From NCBI GenBank assembly GCA_026936335.1, contig JAPMXV010000058.1, positions 248,001-312,000 on the forward strand: a stretch of 64,000 nucleotides of DNA. The letters run 5' to 3'. The stretch's first letter is position 1, and the number at the start of each line of letters is the position of its first letter. The position numbers and the translations under genes were made by a program. Below, one piece after another: positions 16,913 through 27,753 of the stretch. Below the pieces are notes generated by a model. That model saw nothing but the letters and a program-made list of their open reading frames with translations, was not told the DNA's origin and made no database searches. Origin of the DNA: Mantamonas sphyraenae STR306. Its lineage: Eukaryota > Protista > CRuMs.

Positions 16913-17470
16913 CTGGTCGTGCCGTCTTGGCGACTGCGTGACGTGCCGTCCGCTCGGGGGATAAAGCTGTGAATTGCCCGCCCCCTTCACTCACCTCTCC
17001 TTTCGATGGCCTCTGCTCTTCCGCGAGCTCACTCTCGACGAGGAGGAAGACGAGGACGACGAGGACGACGAAGACGAAGATGTTCCCGATGGTCCCGACG
17101 CCGACGAGGACGAGGAAATGCCTGTCGAGGAGCTGGAAGACGAAGTTGCCGTCTCCGAAATGCTCCCGTTCGTGTGTAAGCGCTGCCGCTCTCCACCGAA
17201 GCAACCTCTGTGACGTGATCGCCGCTACTGCCACCGCTTGAGGCACTTTTTAGCATTGTACTCGACGACATGGCCCCAACTTCGGTCATGCAAGGGCCAG
17301 GTGCTGAACTGGGAAAAAGGTTGGGCAACGGGGCGCCCAGGCCTGGACGGATTCCAAGTTGTTGCGTGCACATCCCACCGTGGCATCGTGTCCACGGACC
17401 CACTTGTCGGGCCCATTTTATCACATATTTGCAGCTGTGAGTGCGCCGTGGCAGGCAACCCAGGACCAAA

Positions 17471-20321
17471 ATGTCGACGGAGCTGCGCTTTTGCACGGAA
17501 GAGCAGGTGGCAGACTTGCAGGCCCTCCTACACGACGGCAACACACGCACAGCCCTGCGCTGGCTCAATTGTGTGTTCAAGGGCACTCAACCGCCATCCA
17601 GAGAGGCCGTGGTCAGTAACAGCGGCAGCAGCAACGGAGGCGAGGATGACGAAGCAGCAGCAGGGCAGCAAGGGGAGAGCAGCAGCAGCAGGGGAGGAGG
17701 CCAGGCTTGCGCAGGGCAAGGGCAAGGGCAAGGGCAAGGGCAAGGGCAAGGACAAGGTGGCACACGGACAGGAAAGGGCCGTGGAACTGACACACGTGTT
17801 GGAACGTGTGCTTGTGGAAGCCAAGCCAGACCCTCTGTCGGCAGGGTTGGAACTGCTGCGAGGCGCCCATCTGCTGCAGTCCATGTTTGGGAAAAAGTAC
17901 GGCATGGAGGTGTTGTGGACGGCCATGGAGCGAGTGTGTGGCCAATCATGTGAACCCATGCCAGTGCCTACGTTCTTGCGTGACACAAAGGCCGAGAGCG
18001 CCATGCAGGGGAGCACGGTGTCCCTGCTCAAGTTGCTTCCCGACGGCCGCGACTCGGTGGACGTCTGTGTGCCCATCTCTGCCGACGATCACATGGGCAC
18101 GGTGGAGCATGTGTTGCCTCTGCTGGACACATGGCTGTTCCGCCGTGCAGTGATGGTGTTTGGCCTGGAGTGGTGCCAAAGCCACGACAGCTGTGTCGCC
18201 CAGCTGAGCGAGTGGCTGGCCGACCCGCACCGCCACAAAGTGGCCCTCTCCATGGTCATGAGCCTTGGACTGCAGGCAGACGTGGACAACGAGGCCATCC
18301 TCAGCGAACTGCTGTACGACAAGAAGGTCAACGTGTGCGAGCGTTGGGTGCGAGGCAACAGGGACCTCAAACGCCTCCTGATCACCCTCATGGCACAACG
18401 CGACGAAAGTGCTGCCCAGGCACGCAAGCTGGTCAACAAGTGGCGCTTCTCACTCAACGATTGGCCGCAGCTGATCGCCCACCACAAGCGCAAGGCTCTG
18501 GCCTGGATGCGACACAAGTTTCCGGCACACACCGAGGTCATGATGGATTATGTGGAAGACAACATCCAACTTCAGCTCATGCTCCTCAGTCTCGAGGTGC
18601 AGGCGTGGCCAGCCAGTGGGCCACGTGCACACCAGCTGGATTTGGCCCTTGGTCTCGTGCGTCACTTTGGTCTAACCCCAGACAGCATTCGACAGGCCAC
18701 CATCGAACAGCTGGGCATGGATGTGAAGTATGCCATGCGTCTGGCTGACGAGGTGGAGGCTGCCGAGAGCGACGGCCGATTGCAGGAGGCCACCCTTCCG
18801 GCCGACGACCAGTGGAACGGCCGTCTGTTGCCCCAGGCCTACGAGGAGACACTCATCATGGTGGACAGTACGCAGGGCATGGCGGAATGTGTGGACCATT
18901 TGATGCATGCCGACCTTGTGGCTCTGGATGCAGAGTGGAAGCCGCCCACGTTCACCAACGATACGGCGCCCGTGGCCCTCTTGCAACTGGGCTCGCGCAC
19001 ACACGTCTTTCTGCTGGACATGCTTGCGCTGACTGCAGACGACATGGCATTGCTTGCGCCGGTGATGGCATCGCAGGACATTCGCAAGCTGGGGTTTGGG
19101 TTCACCAGCGACCAGCAGCAATTGCGCAAGTCGCCTGCACGCTCTGCCTTTGCCAATGTCAACAACATGCTGGAAATTCAGACGTTGTATGCCACGTACA
19201 CCATGTACGCGGACGCAGGGCAGCTGAAGAAGGGCGCTGCTGTGGAGGCGTTGGAGTCTGATCAGCTGCTGCTGGACGAGGCCAAGACTGACGCCGAGCT
19301 GCTGGCGGCCGTGTCGAGCCGGCAGCTGAAGCGCATCAAAGCCTCGCTGGCCACCGTGTGTGAGACGCTCCTGGGCGAGTCGCTGGACAAGGCGCAGCAG
19401 ATGTCGGATTGGGAGAGGCGGCCGCTGAGGCGGAAGCAGAAGGTGTACGCGTCCTTGGACGTGATCAGTCTCATTGACGTGTACGACGTGATGAAAGAGG
19501 CGTTGAATACGCAGCAGGTGGAGGTGTGGGACTTTTGTGCGGATAGCTGGTCCCTGACAGGGGCAAACACAATCCAGAAGAAGAAGCACGGCGCTGGGGG
19601 ACTCAACGACGAAGCACACGGCGGCGGAGGCAGCAGCAGCAGCAAGAAGAAGAAAGGCAAGGGTAAACGAGGGAGCAGCAGTGGAGACGACGGCGACAAC
19701 GGCGCAGGAAGCAGCAGTGGAGGTGGAGGTGGAGGTGGAGGTGGCACCCATTTGCCGTCGCATCTGTTTGAATTGGATGTGGCAAAGGACACGGAGCTGC
19801 GCTTTGCGGTGGATCACACGGTGAAGCGGCTGGCGAGGTCGTTGCGTGCGATTGGCTTCGACGCAGTTGTGCTGGAGCGCAAGGACATGGACAGTGCGCA
19901 CCAGGCAGCGGCAGATGGACGCGTGGTGTTGACCCGAGACAGCAAGTTTGCACAGAGCCAGTGGAGCAGCATGACGCTGTTGCTGCTGCGGGGCAACGCT
20001 GTGAGTGAGCAAGTGAACGAGGTGCTTGCAGCGACAGGAGTGACGATCGGCCAGGACGATGTGTTTCAGCGCTGTGTGCTGTGCAACAACGACAAACTGC
20101 AGTGGATGGATAGGGACGGGGTGAAGGAGCTCATCCCGGACAATGTCTACCAGGACGAGGAGATCGAGTCCTTTCAATTCTGCTCCGAATGCAACAAGGC
20201 ATTCTGGCGCGGTGAACACTACGACACCACCATCGAGTCGTACGTGACGGTGACCAGTGTCGAGGAGGCAGAGGAGGGAGGAGAGGGAGGAGAGGGAGGA
20301 GAGGGGAGTTTGTCTCAATGA
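17471..20321 (+). CDS. EXD3: EXD3/Mut-7-like 3'-5' exoribonuclease with C-terminal Mut7-C (PIN-like + Zn ribbon) domain
   Basis: DEDDy motifs VALDAEWKP, VALLQLG, KLGF, LDKAQQMSDWERRPL..QKVYASLD. Mut7-C motifs RFAVDHTVKRLARSLRAIGFDA, VLTRD, RCVLCN..CSECNKAFWRGEHY. Start is either 17471 (needs a frame break) or the in-frame ATG at 17646. Confidence 0.88.
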
Positions 20322-20349
20322 CATGCTTGCTGTTGCATGAATGAAATCC

Positions 20350-21057
20350 TCACCAGTCCACACCGTTCTTCACAATCCCCTTTTTGGTCCACTGGTCAGT
20401 GATCCCCTGTACAAAGTCTGCACGCACCACCTTGGCGCGTGCGATGGTGAGGCCGTCGCGCTCGACACGCAGGTAGACACCCTCCATTGGGCCATCGTAA
20501 AAGGCACTCTTTTCGGTTTCCAGCAGCTGCTCAAAGTCGTCTTTGCCTGAAAAGGAGCGTTTGCAGACGCGGCGGACACTGTGAATGCCCGTGTCGGCGA
20601 GGAGCTCGTCGCGCTTGTCGCTGCTGAGCCACTCGCCACTCTGCTTGTCGAGGATGTCAAAGGCGAGAAAGGTGCTGGGCAGCGAGGTGTATGGCACACT
20701 GTGTTGTGCATAGAGCCACTCGCCAAACAGGATACGCTCCTGGCCGAGGATATCGGCGAGGGCAACGCCGGTGTTTTCCAAGAACGTGTCCAGGGTGGCA
20801 AACTGGGCATGCGTCTCTTTGCTGACGTAGTGGGAACGGTTCTGCACACGCAGATTCCACTCGTCGTCGTAGGAAATGCCAATGTTTGCACCGTCGACCT
20901 TTTCCTCGACCACGAGCTCGACCGGTTCGAGGAAATCCTCGGGCGAATCGATGAGCAGGTCGTCCCGGGTGACGGCAGAGCCACCCAGGTCATACAAATG
21001 GGCTGTGGATGGAAACTTGAGGATGTCGATTTTGTGCTGGTGCTCTTCCTGGCTCAT
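20350..21057 (-). CDS. ATP-dependent RNA ligase (Rnl2-like nucleotidyltransferase), intronless
   Basis: Motif I EEKVDGANIG, then KFPSTAHL, motif III LFGEW, IIIa FLAFDI, IV EGVYLR, V RAKVV. Confidence 0.85.
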   Translation of the reverse strand: MSQEEHQHKIDILKFPSTAHLYDLGGSAVTRDDLLIDSPEDFLEPVELVVEEKVDGANIGISYDDEWNLRVQNRSHYVSKETHAQFATLDTFLENTGVALADILGQERILFGEWLYAQHSVPYTSLPSTFLAFDILDKQSGEWLSSDKRDELLADTGIHSVRRVCKRSFSGKDDFEQLLETEKSAFYDGPMEGVYLRVERDGLTIARAKVVRADFVQGITDQWTKKGIVKNGVDW

Positions 21058-21447
21058 CGCGGTGACGTTGTCTGCTGTCTGTCTGTTGAGCTGCCCTCGT
21101 GGGCGCGTGAGACTCACACGGAATCGTGGGTGTGCACCGTGACGATCACATGGTGGACTCACATCGGTGGGAGTCGGCGGTGTGGTCCGAGCTTGTTGTG
21201 GATGACGCACGGCGGGCGCCGGGCCTGCCACCCGAATCCGTCGTCTTTTTGTGAGTTGCCTGGGTGCGTGTGCGTGTGTGAGCGCGTGTCTAGCGTTGGA
21301 GCCATGTGTGTATAGGGTCGTGCACACGTGCATCGTCGGGGCCGCTGGAGCTGCGGGTGCCCTGCGGCTCGTGTGCGGGATGGCCGAAGCCGAGGGGGGG
21401 GGGACACACATTTGGGGCTTTTTGCGTCAAATCATGGCCAAGCAGCC

Positions 21448-21789
21448 GGCCCAGTTCCACGCGTATTGCGCGCGTTTGCGCATCTGCATGTGCCGTGAAA
21501 GCGGTGTGCACATGGCCATGCGCAGCAGGCGTGCTGTGGAGCTGGGTTTGCACCGGCTGGACTGTGTTCCGAGAGTGTTTGTGCAGGAAAAGCCGACGAA
21601 AGTCGCTGGATCACAAACACCGTGCCCCTTTGGACACTTGACTGCCGGTGCGCTGCCCACGGCGAGGGAGGTGCATGGCGGCCAGGTGCCGGCGACCCAG
21701 ATGTACCACATGTGCAGTGGCACATCTGGGTCGGTGGGGCCAGATGTGTGGGGTGCGGAAAGGCCCCAGAGACGCGCGTGGGGTTGGCC
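21448..21789 (+). ncRNA. Candidate structured non-coding RNA (unassigned) between the RNA ligase and MVP
   Basis: Multiple nested complementary helices found by eye (9, 8, 7, 9 and 12 bp plus a closing stem), a GAAA tetraloop, and G-U pairs favouring the + strand. No match to a known family was recognised. Confidence 0.45.
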
Positions 21790-21922
21790 CCGGCGAGGTT
21801 TGGGACCCTCTCAGAATTCGATGAGGAAAAAGAGGCGAGAGGCACAGGGTGTGCACCGGCTGACACAAGACAACACACCGCGGCCACCGGACGTTGCACA
21901 TCGCCACAGACACAACTGCACG

Positions 21923-24522
21923 ATGAGCAAGATTCAGCTGCTGCCCGACCGTTTCATCCATGTGTTGAACCGCAACACCAACACGACGTTTGTGGTGAAA
22001 GGCCCCACCAACTTTGTGCCCTCGGAGCACCAGGAGGTTGTGTATGGCCCGGCTGATTGCGTGCGCCTGGCACCGGACTCGTTTGCACGCGTCAAGAACC
22101 CTGTGGTGCAGGGCCAGGATCTGGAGGACACCGAGACACAGGTGAAGCTGAGGCATGGCGAGACGGAGATCCGCTTTGCCGACCCCGAGTCGGAGCCTTT
22201 CCCGCTGTACCCGGGTGAGCTGCTGATGGAGGTGGAGAAGATCCCCGTGGTGGGCACGGGCCAGGCGGCACACATTGTGGTCACGGATGACTACGAGGAC
22301 GAGACCGAGGGCTCGCGCTACGCAGGCGAAGAGTACATGGTGTTTGGCCCCTGCTCATACAAGCCGCGCATCGAGGAGTACTTGTACCGCATTGTGAACC
22401 CGATTGTGATTGGACACAACATGGCGCTGCGTGTGCGTGCGCGCACCAACTGCGTCGACTGGAAGGGCAACCAGCGCGTGCAGGGCGAGCTGTGGCTGAT
22501 CAAGGAGGACGGCGACTACATCCCGCGCGCCATGGAGGAGGTGGTGGACTTTGTGCATGCCACCACGCTCACGGACAGCAAGGCCATCCACGTGGAGGCG
22601 CTGACAGGCTTCCACGACACCCTGTTTGAAATCGACCGACGCCCGGGAGAGCAGTGGCTTGTGACGAACGAGCACACCGCCACGTACCTGCCGGACGTCA
22701 CCGAGCGCATCATCAAGCACGTGGACATCACTGTGTTGACGTCCGAGCAGTGGTGCGTGATCATGGAGCCCTACGACGAGTCCAAGCGCGAAGTGCGCCT
22801 GGGCCAGCGCGAGCTGCGCAAGGGCCCTGCCGTTTCTTCCTGCACCCCAGCGAGAGTCTGGAGGGTGGCTCTGCCAGGGACGTGCGCCTGCTGGAGCCAG
22901 GAGAGGCTGCGCTTCTGGGGTCCAACGCCGCTGTCAGCGTGGAGGACCTGGCCGACATGGGCATCGAGACGGAAGAGCCGTACGAGGCCGGACGTGTGTG
23001 GATGGTGTATGGCCCACGCCGCTTTGTGCCGCCCGTGGACGTGGAAGTGATTGAGTACCGCAGCACCATCCCGCTTGGCGACAACGAGGGTGTGTACGTG
23101 CGTGACGTGCGCACGGGCGAGGTGCGTGCCGAAATGGGCAACTCGTACCTGTTGCAGAGCCACGAGGTGCTGTGGGAGAAGCCGCTGACGCCACGCGTGG
23201 AGGAGCTGCTGCGCAACGGAGGCGCTGTGGGCGACCAGGACATCCGCAAGGTGTCGTACTTCAAGAGCTACATCGACGGCAACAACGAGGGCGAGCGCGA
23301 CAAGACGCGCGTGGTGGTGTACAAGTGCCCGCACAACTGCGCCGTGCAGCTGTACGACTACCAGGAGCGCACGGCTCGCGTTGTGTTTGGCCCCGACCTT
23401 GTCACGCTCGGCCCGCACGAGGAGTTTACCGTGCTGTCGCTGAGCGCAGGCGTGCCCAAGCGCTCTGGCGCTCTCAAGAGCCTGGCTCTGATGCTGGGCC
23501 CGGACTACATCAGCGACGTGTTTGACGTGGAAACCAGCGACCACGCACGTCTGCGCCTGCACCTGGCGTACAACAATTACTTCCGTGTGGACAAGGAGGA
23601 TCCGGAACAGGTGTCGCGCATCTTCAACATCCCAGACTTTATCGGCGACGCATGCAAGACGTGCTCGTCGCTGATTCGTGGCGCCATCGCCAAGGAATCG
23701 TTTGAGGACTTCCACAAGAACAGCGCCCACATCATTCGCGCCAGTCTGTTTGGCCTGACGGCGGAGAACAAGATTGGCGACGAGTTTGTGTTTGAACAGA
23801 ACAACCTGGTGATCACCAACGTGGATATCCGCGCCATCGACCCCGTGGACCGCAACATGCAGGAGTCGCTGCAGCGCTCTGTGCAGATGGCCATCGACAT
23901 TTCCACCAGCCTGCTGGAGGCCGAGTCGCACCACAAGGCGGCCGAAGTGAACCAGAAGAGCATGGGCGAGCTGGAGATGCAAAAGTACCGCAACGGCATC
24001 GAGGAGGAGCGCGAGCGCACGCAGCTGAAGAAGATTGTGGCCGCAAACAACGAGGTGGAAAAGGTGGGCCGTGCGCGCACCGAGACAGAGGCGGCAACGA
24101 TTGCAGTGACGCTGGACCTGGAGGGTGCAGTGACGCTTGCGGCGCTGCGTGCAGAGGCCAAGAAGAAGGTGTTTGACGCGGAGCTGTCCATCCTGAAGGC
24201 CAAGAGCAAGCAGGAGGAGTCGTTCCAGAAGAACAGCATGGAGCTGGAGGTGCAGCGGGAACGCGAGCTGGCCAATGTGGAGGTGACCAAGTTGGAGTCG
24301 ATGTGCTCGATCATCGGCAAGGAGACGGTGCTGGACATTGCGCGTGCCAACGCAGAGACCAAGACAAAGCTGGTGGACGGTCTGGGCCTGCGCGACTTTT
24401 TGATGGCCGATGGCAAGATGCCCGTGAACCTGTTTGGCACGATCGAGGCGTTGCTGGGGGAGGCAGCGTCCGAAGGCAAGGCTCCGGCCATCGAATACGA
24501 GTACGAGTATGAGTATGAGTGA
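21923..24522 (+). CDS. MVP: Major vault protein; intronless; 1-nt frame break near 22825
   Basis: MVP repeats (IHVLNRNTNTTFVVKGP, EPFPLYPGE, GEQWLVT, IPLGDNEGVYVRDVRTG), shoulder (VVFGPDLVTLGPHEEFTVLSLSAG.PK, VETSDHARLRL, PDFIGDACK) and cap helix (SLQRSVQMAIDIST, LMADGKMPVNLF). Confidence 0.95.
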
Positions 24523-24615
24523 GATGGGTCATGCAAGGAATGTACCTCTGTTCGACGGTTGACGGTTGACGACGGTTGACGTCTCTGTGCACCCAACCCA
24601 ACTGAAAAGCGCCGG

Positions 24616-26154
24616 ATGGTTTTCGTGTGCAAAGTGGGCTGCGTGGTGCGAGGTTCGCCGCAGCAGTTCATGGAAGCCTTCCAGGACGCAGAACTGCGCA
24701 AGCGGTTTCAGGAGGAAGTGCGCAAAGACAGCGAGGTGGCTGTGGGCGAGTGGGGCGAGAGTAAAGCAGCAGGGGAACTTTGGAACGAACGGCTGGTAGG
24801 TTTCTCAGGGACGCACGCGTTGAACGTGGAGGGCAGGCACTCACTCGCGCGAGTGGGATTGGATGCACGTGTGTATGTGGTGTATATCTCTCTCTCTGTG
24901 TGTGTGTGTCGCAGATCACCTACAAGGTGCAGCGGTCGCTGGGGCGGCTGGGGGTCAGCACGATGCAGGAAGAGCAGACGGTGCGCCGCAGTGCGCTTGT
25001 ACAGATGGAGAAGGAGTACGATTTGGAAGAAGAGGACACAGGGGATGACAAAGAGGGAGACCAACGCTATAGCTCTGCGGACAAAGGGGTGTGGAGCAGC
25101 AACATGGCCCAAGGGCCAAGTGAAGAAGAGGACGAGGAGGGCGAACCAACAATCCGCACGCTGATTTCGCCCAGCGAGAACGAGGAGCTGTTTTACACGG
25201 AAACATTTTGGCGGGTACAGCCTGTAAGTGCAAGGGAGAGTGTGGACGGGTGGCAGAGGGTGCATTGCGCTGCCACGAGGGAGCACAAGGGCGCGAGAAG
25301 GTGTGCAGCAAACGCAGCGGGGTTTTTTTCTCGCGGCGCGCGGGTTGAGACGAACATGCGGGCGCTCAGGGCTGACACAAAGTGGAACGCACACATGCAC
25401 GGTGGGAATCGCACGCATGGGGTTCATGGCACACGGATACACACAGTACGAAGAGGGGCGATGGTCGTATGTGGACGTGGAACTGCGTTCGTGCTTCCCG
25501 TACATGCTGCTGGGGTACGTAGTGGAGCCTGTGATGGGAAGGGAGGCGGAAAAGAGCACGTGGGAATACCTGCAATTCCTGGAACAGCACTTTGAGGACA
25601 TGGAACACGTGCACTACGTGGAACGGGTGCTGGAGCAGCAGCAACGGGAAGCGGCGAGCAGCAGCGCGGCAAGCAGCAGCAGCAGCGCAGGAGGATGGTA
25701 TGGCAACGCCTTGCGCTCGCTCAACGCATCGCAACACACACTGCGCTACGTGGAGGAACAGGTGGCGCAGCACAGGCAACGCGCAGAACGCGTGCAGGCG
25801 GAACAGAGCAGCAGCAGCAGTAGCAGCAGTGGCAGTGGCAGTGGCTCGTTGCTGGCCAGTGCACAGGCACAGCTGGCGGACGACGCCGGATTTACAGAGG
25901 TGCTTACTGCGCACGTGGTGGTGCTCAAACAGTGCGTGCACCAACTGCGCCAACTGGAGGAGCGCAGGGAAGCGCTGCTGGAACAGGAAGAGGCTGAGCG
26001 CGAGAAGCAGGCCGAACAGGAGCAGAGTGCGTTGCTCAGCCAGGAACAGCTGGCCAGCAAGCAGCGCCGTTGGGACATGGCTCTGTCCATGATCAACGTG
26101 GCCGTGTTTGTCCTCCTGTTGCACAGGATGATGGCTGGGAGCCGCGTCGGGTGA
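24616..26154 (+). CDS. Tail-anchored protein with a possible VASt/StART-like lipid-transfer domain and coiled coil
   Basis: Spliced exons (gtaggt..gcag; gtaagt..). Pattern V.EW...R.ITY...EEQT...FYTET.W loosely resembles VASt. C-terminal hydrophobic helix MALSMINVAVFVLLL. Confidence 0.45.
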
Positions 26155-26187
26155 GTGATGTTGGCAAAAACAAACGCTGCTGGGTTT

Positions 26188-26821
26188 TTATGGAGATGAC
26201 GATGATGACGATGATGATGATGATGATGAGCTGGAGCTCACTGCACTGCGTTTGGCGTCGTTGCTGGTGCCTGCAGAACTGCTGTCCGAACGCTTGCGCT
26301 TTGCAGCCTTCTTCTTCGTGCTGGACCGTTCGGCCTGGACACCGTCGACAATCTGGTCGAGCAGAGTAATCTGGAGGAGGAGGAGAGTGGAGAGCAATGA
26401 GCGGCAGAGGAAGTTGTGTGGGTGCGTGTGGGCGGTGTTTTTTCACGGGCTGTCAGGTGGACGGCCGATCAACGCAGGCACTTCGGCGCGCAGGGCCACT
26501 TACAATGGACTCGTTGTTGCGGAAACACATGCGCAAGTCGTCGGAAGTGACGGTTTTGCGCTTGGCGTGCTGTGCAAAGAGGGCGAGGTCGCGCGTCATG
26601 TTGCACAGGGTGGAAAAGGCAAAGTCGACCAACGCCATCTGGGTTTGGTCGGTCCACAACAAGGAGTGCTGTTTGCTGTGTGCTTCACACATGGTTTTGA
26701 CGGTGGCAAACAGGTCTGCCTTCCACACCATCTCCTCTCGCTGCTGTTCGTTCAGCTCCAGCGCCTCCACCGTGGCCTCGACGGCGTCGTCAAACTGCGC
26801 TCCCGCGTCCAGCTGACTCAT
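26188..26821 (-). CDS. CENPS: Centromere protein S / MHF1 (histone fold), one intron
   Basis: RDLALFAQHAKRKTVTSDDLRMCFRNN matches the CENP-S motif DL..FA.HAKR.T...D. Basic C-terminal tail. Confidence 0.82.
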
Positions 26822-26860
26822 CGCTTTGGTGTTGCTGGCGCCCCCATCCATCCACAAGCC

Positions 26861-27687
26861 ATGGACATCACCAGCGACTACTACGACATCGACCAAATCC
26901 TCGCTGAGGAAGAGGTAAGCACAGACGTGGGCACCCTTGTCACCATGTCCATGCATGGGGCGGACTTTGGGAGAGCCTCTGCTGACACCTCGTCTCCTCT
27001 GCGCCCTTTCCGGCCACCCCGACCACTCATCCATCCGCAGGCGGTGCCCGTAGAGTTCCAACAACAAGTGTACAGCGTGGGCTATCTCACAGAAAACGCA
27101 GAGCCGTTCAGCGACGTGAGTTTTTACGGAGCGCGGGGATTTGGCGCGCAAAACCTGCGGCGGCGCTGACACGGAAGAGACCACGACACGCGAGCACACA
27201 GATCCAACAGGGAACGCGCACAGACCTTCCGTTGTGGTTGGCATCCATTCTGGCCACGCGTGAATGCGTGTACATCCGTTTGCCCGGTTATTTCAAAGCA
27301 TCCTTCCGCTCGCTGCTGCGTGCCGAAGCCGACCAGGTGAACCTGTTTGCACGCTGTGAATACTTTTATTATGTGGGCGTACAGCTGGCTCGTCTGACGC
27401 CCGACAACGCAGAGATTGTGGAGGCCATGACGTCAGCCTTTGCCAATCGCAGGCACATGGTGCTGACCATGGCCCAAAACGCACGCAAGGATGACCTCAA
27501 CGAACTCACACGCACCATGACTGCCTACGAGCGTCGCCTCTTTATGAATGCCTACCGTGCCTCTGTAGCCTTTGCCAAATGGCGTGCGAACAAGCGCGTG
27601 CGCCTCGCTCGCCTGGGCAGTCCCAAGCGCTCGGGCAAGCGCTCGTTTGCCGCCATGAACACAAGCAGCAGCAGCAGTTCGCGATGA
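26861..27687 (+). CDS. GINS3: DNA replication GINS complex subunit Psf3, two introns
   Basis: YYDIDQILAEEE, VPVEF, GYL, DLPLWLA, LRAEA..VNL...CEYFYYVG, ERRLF match Psf3. Confidence 0.85.
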
Positions 27688-27753
27688 GATAGAGGATGGA
27701 TCGATTGGTGTGTGGAGAGAGAGACAACGGAAATGGAAACATGGGGTTCATCA

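Noticed and set aside
21775-21815. Minus-strand CTGAGA..CCC..ACCT resembling a TPP riboswitch
   Set aside because: Lacks the GAT-N-GG-N-TAAT-N-CC-N-GCG-N-AGG half and the 5' GG; neighbouring genes are unrelated to thiamine.
21400-21870. Structured element as RNase P/MRP, SRP, U snRNA, telomerase RNA or hammerhead ribozyme
   Set aside because: GGAAAGGCCCC has no correctly placed downstream CR-V partner; no SRP helix-8 symmetric loop, Sm site/U1-U6 signature, telomeric template or CUGAUGA core was found by eye.
21251-21922. N-terminal extension of MVP suggested by ORF 21251..23050
   Set aside because: MVP similarity begins at ATG 21923; the upstream open frame is explained by high GC content.
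22800-22860. MVP pseudogene or programmed frameshift
   Set aside because: A single missing C in a C-run, with both halves fully conserved, no slippery heptamer, and similar breaks in unrelated housekeeping genes.
24495-24522. MVP C-terminal EYEYEYEYE as a functional motif
   Set aside because: Encoded by a GAGTA(C/T) hexamer repeat, so likely microsatellite slippage; cannot be supported without orthologues.
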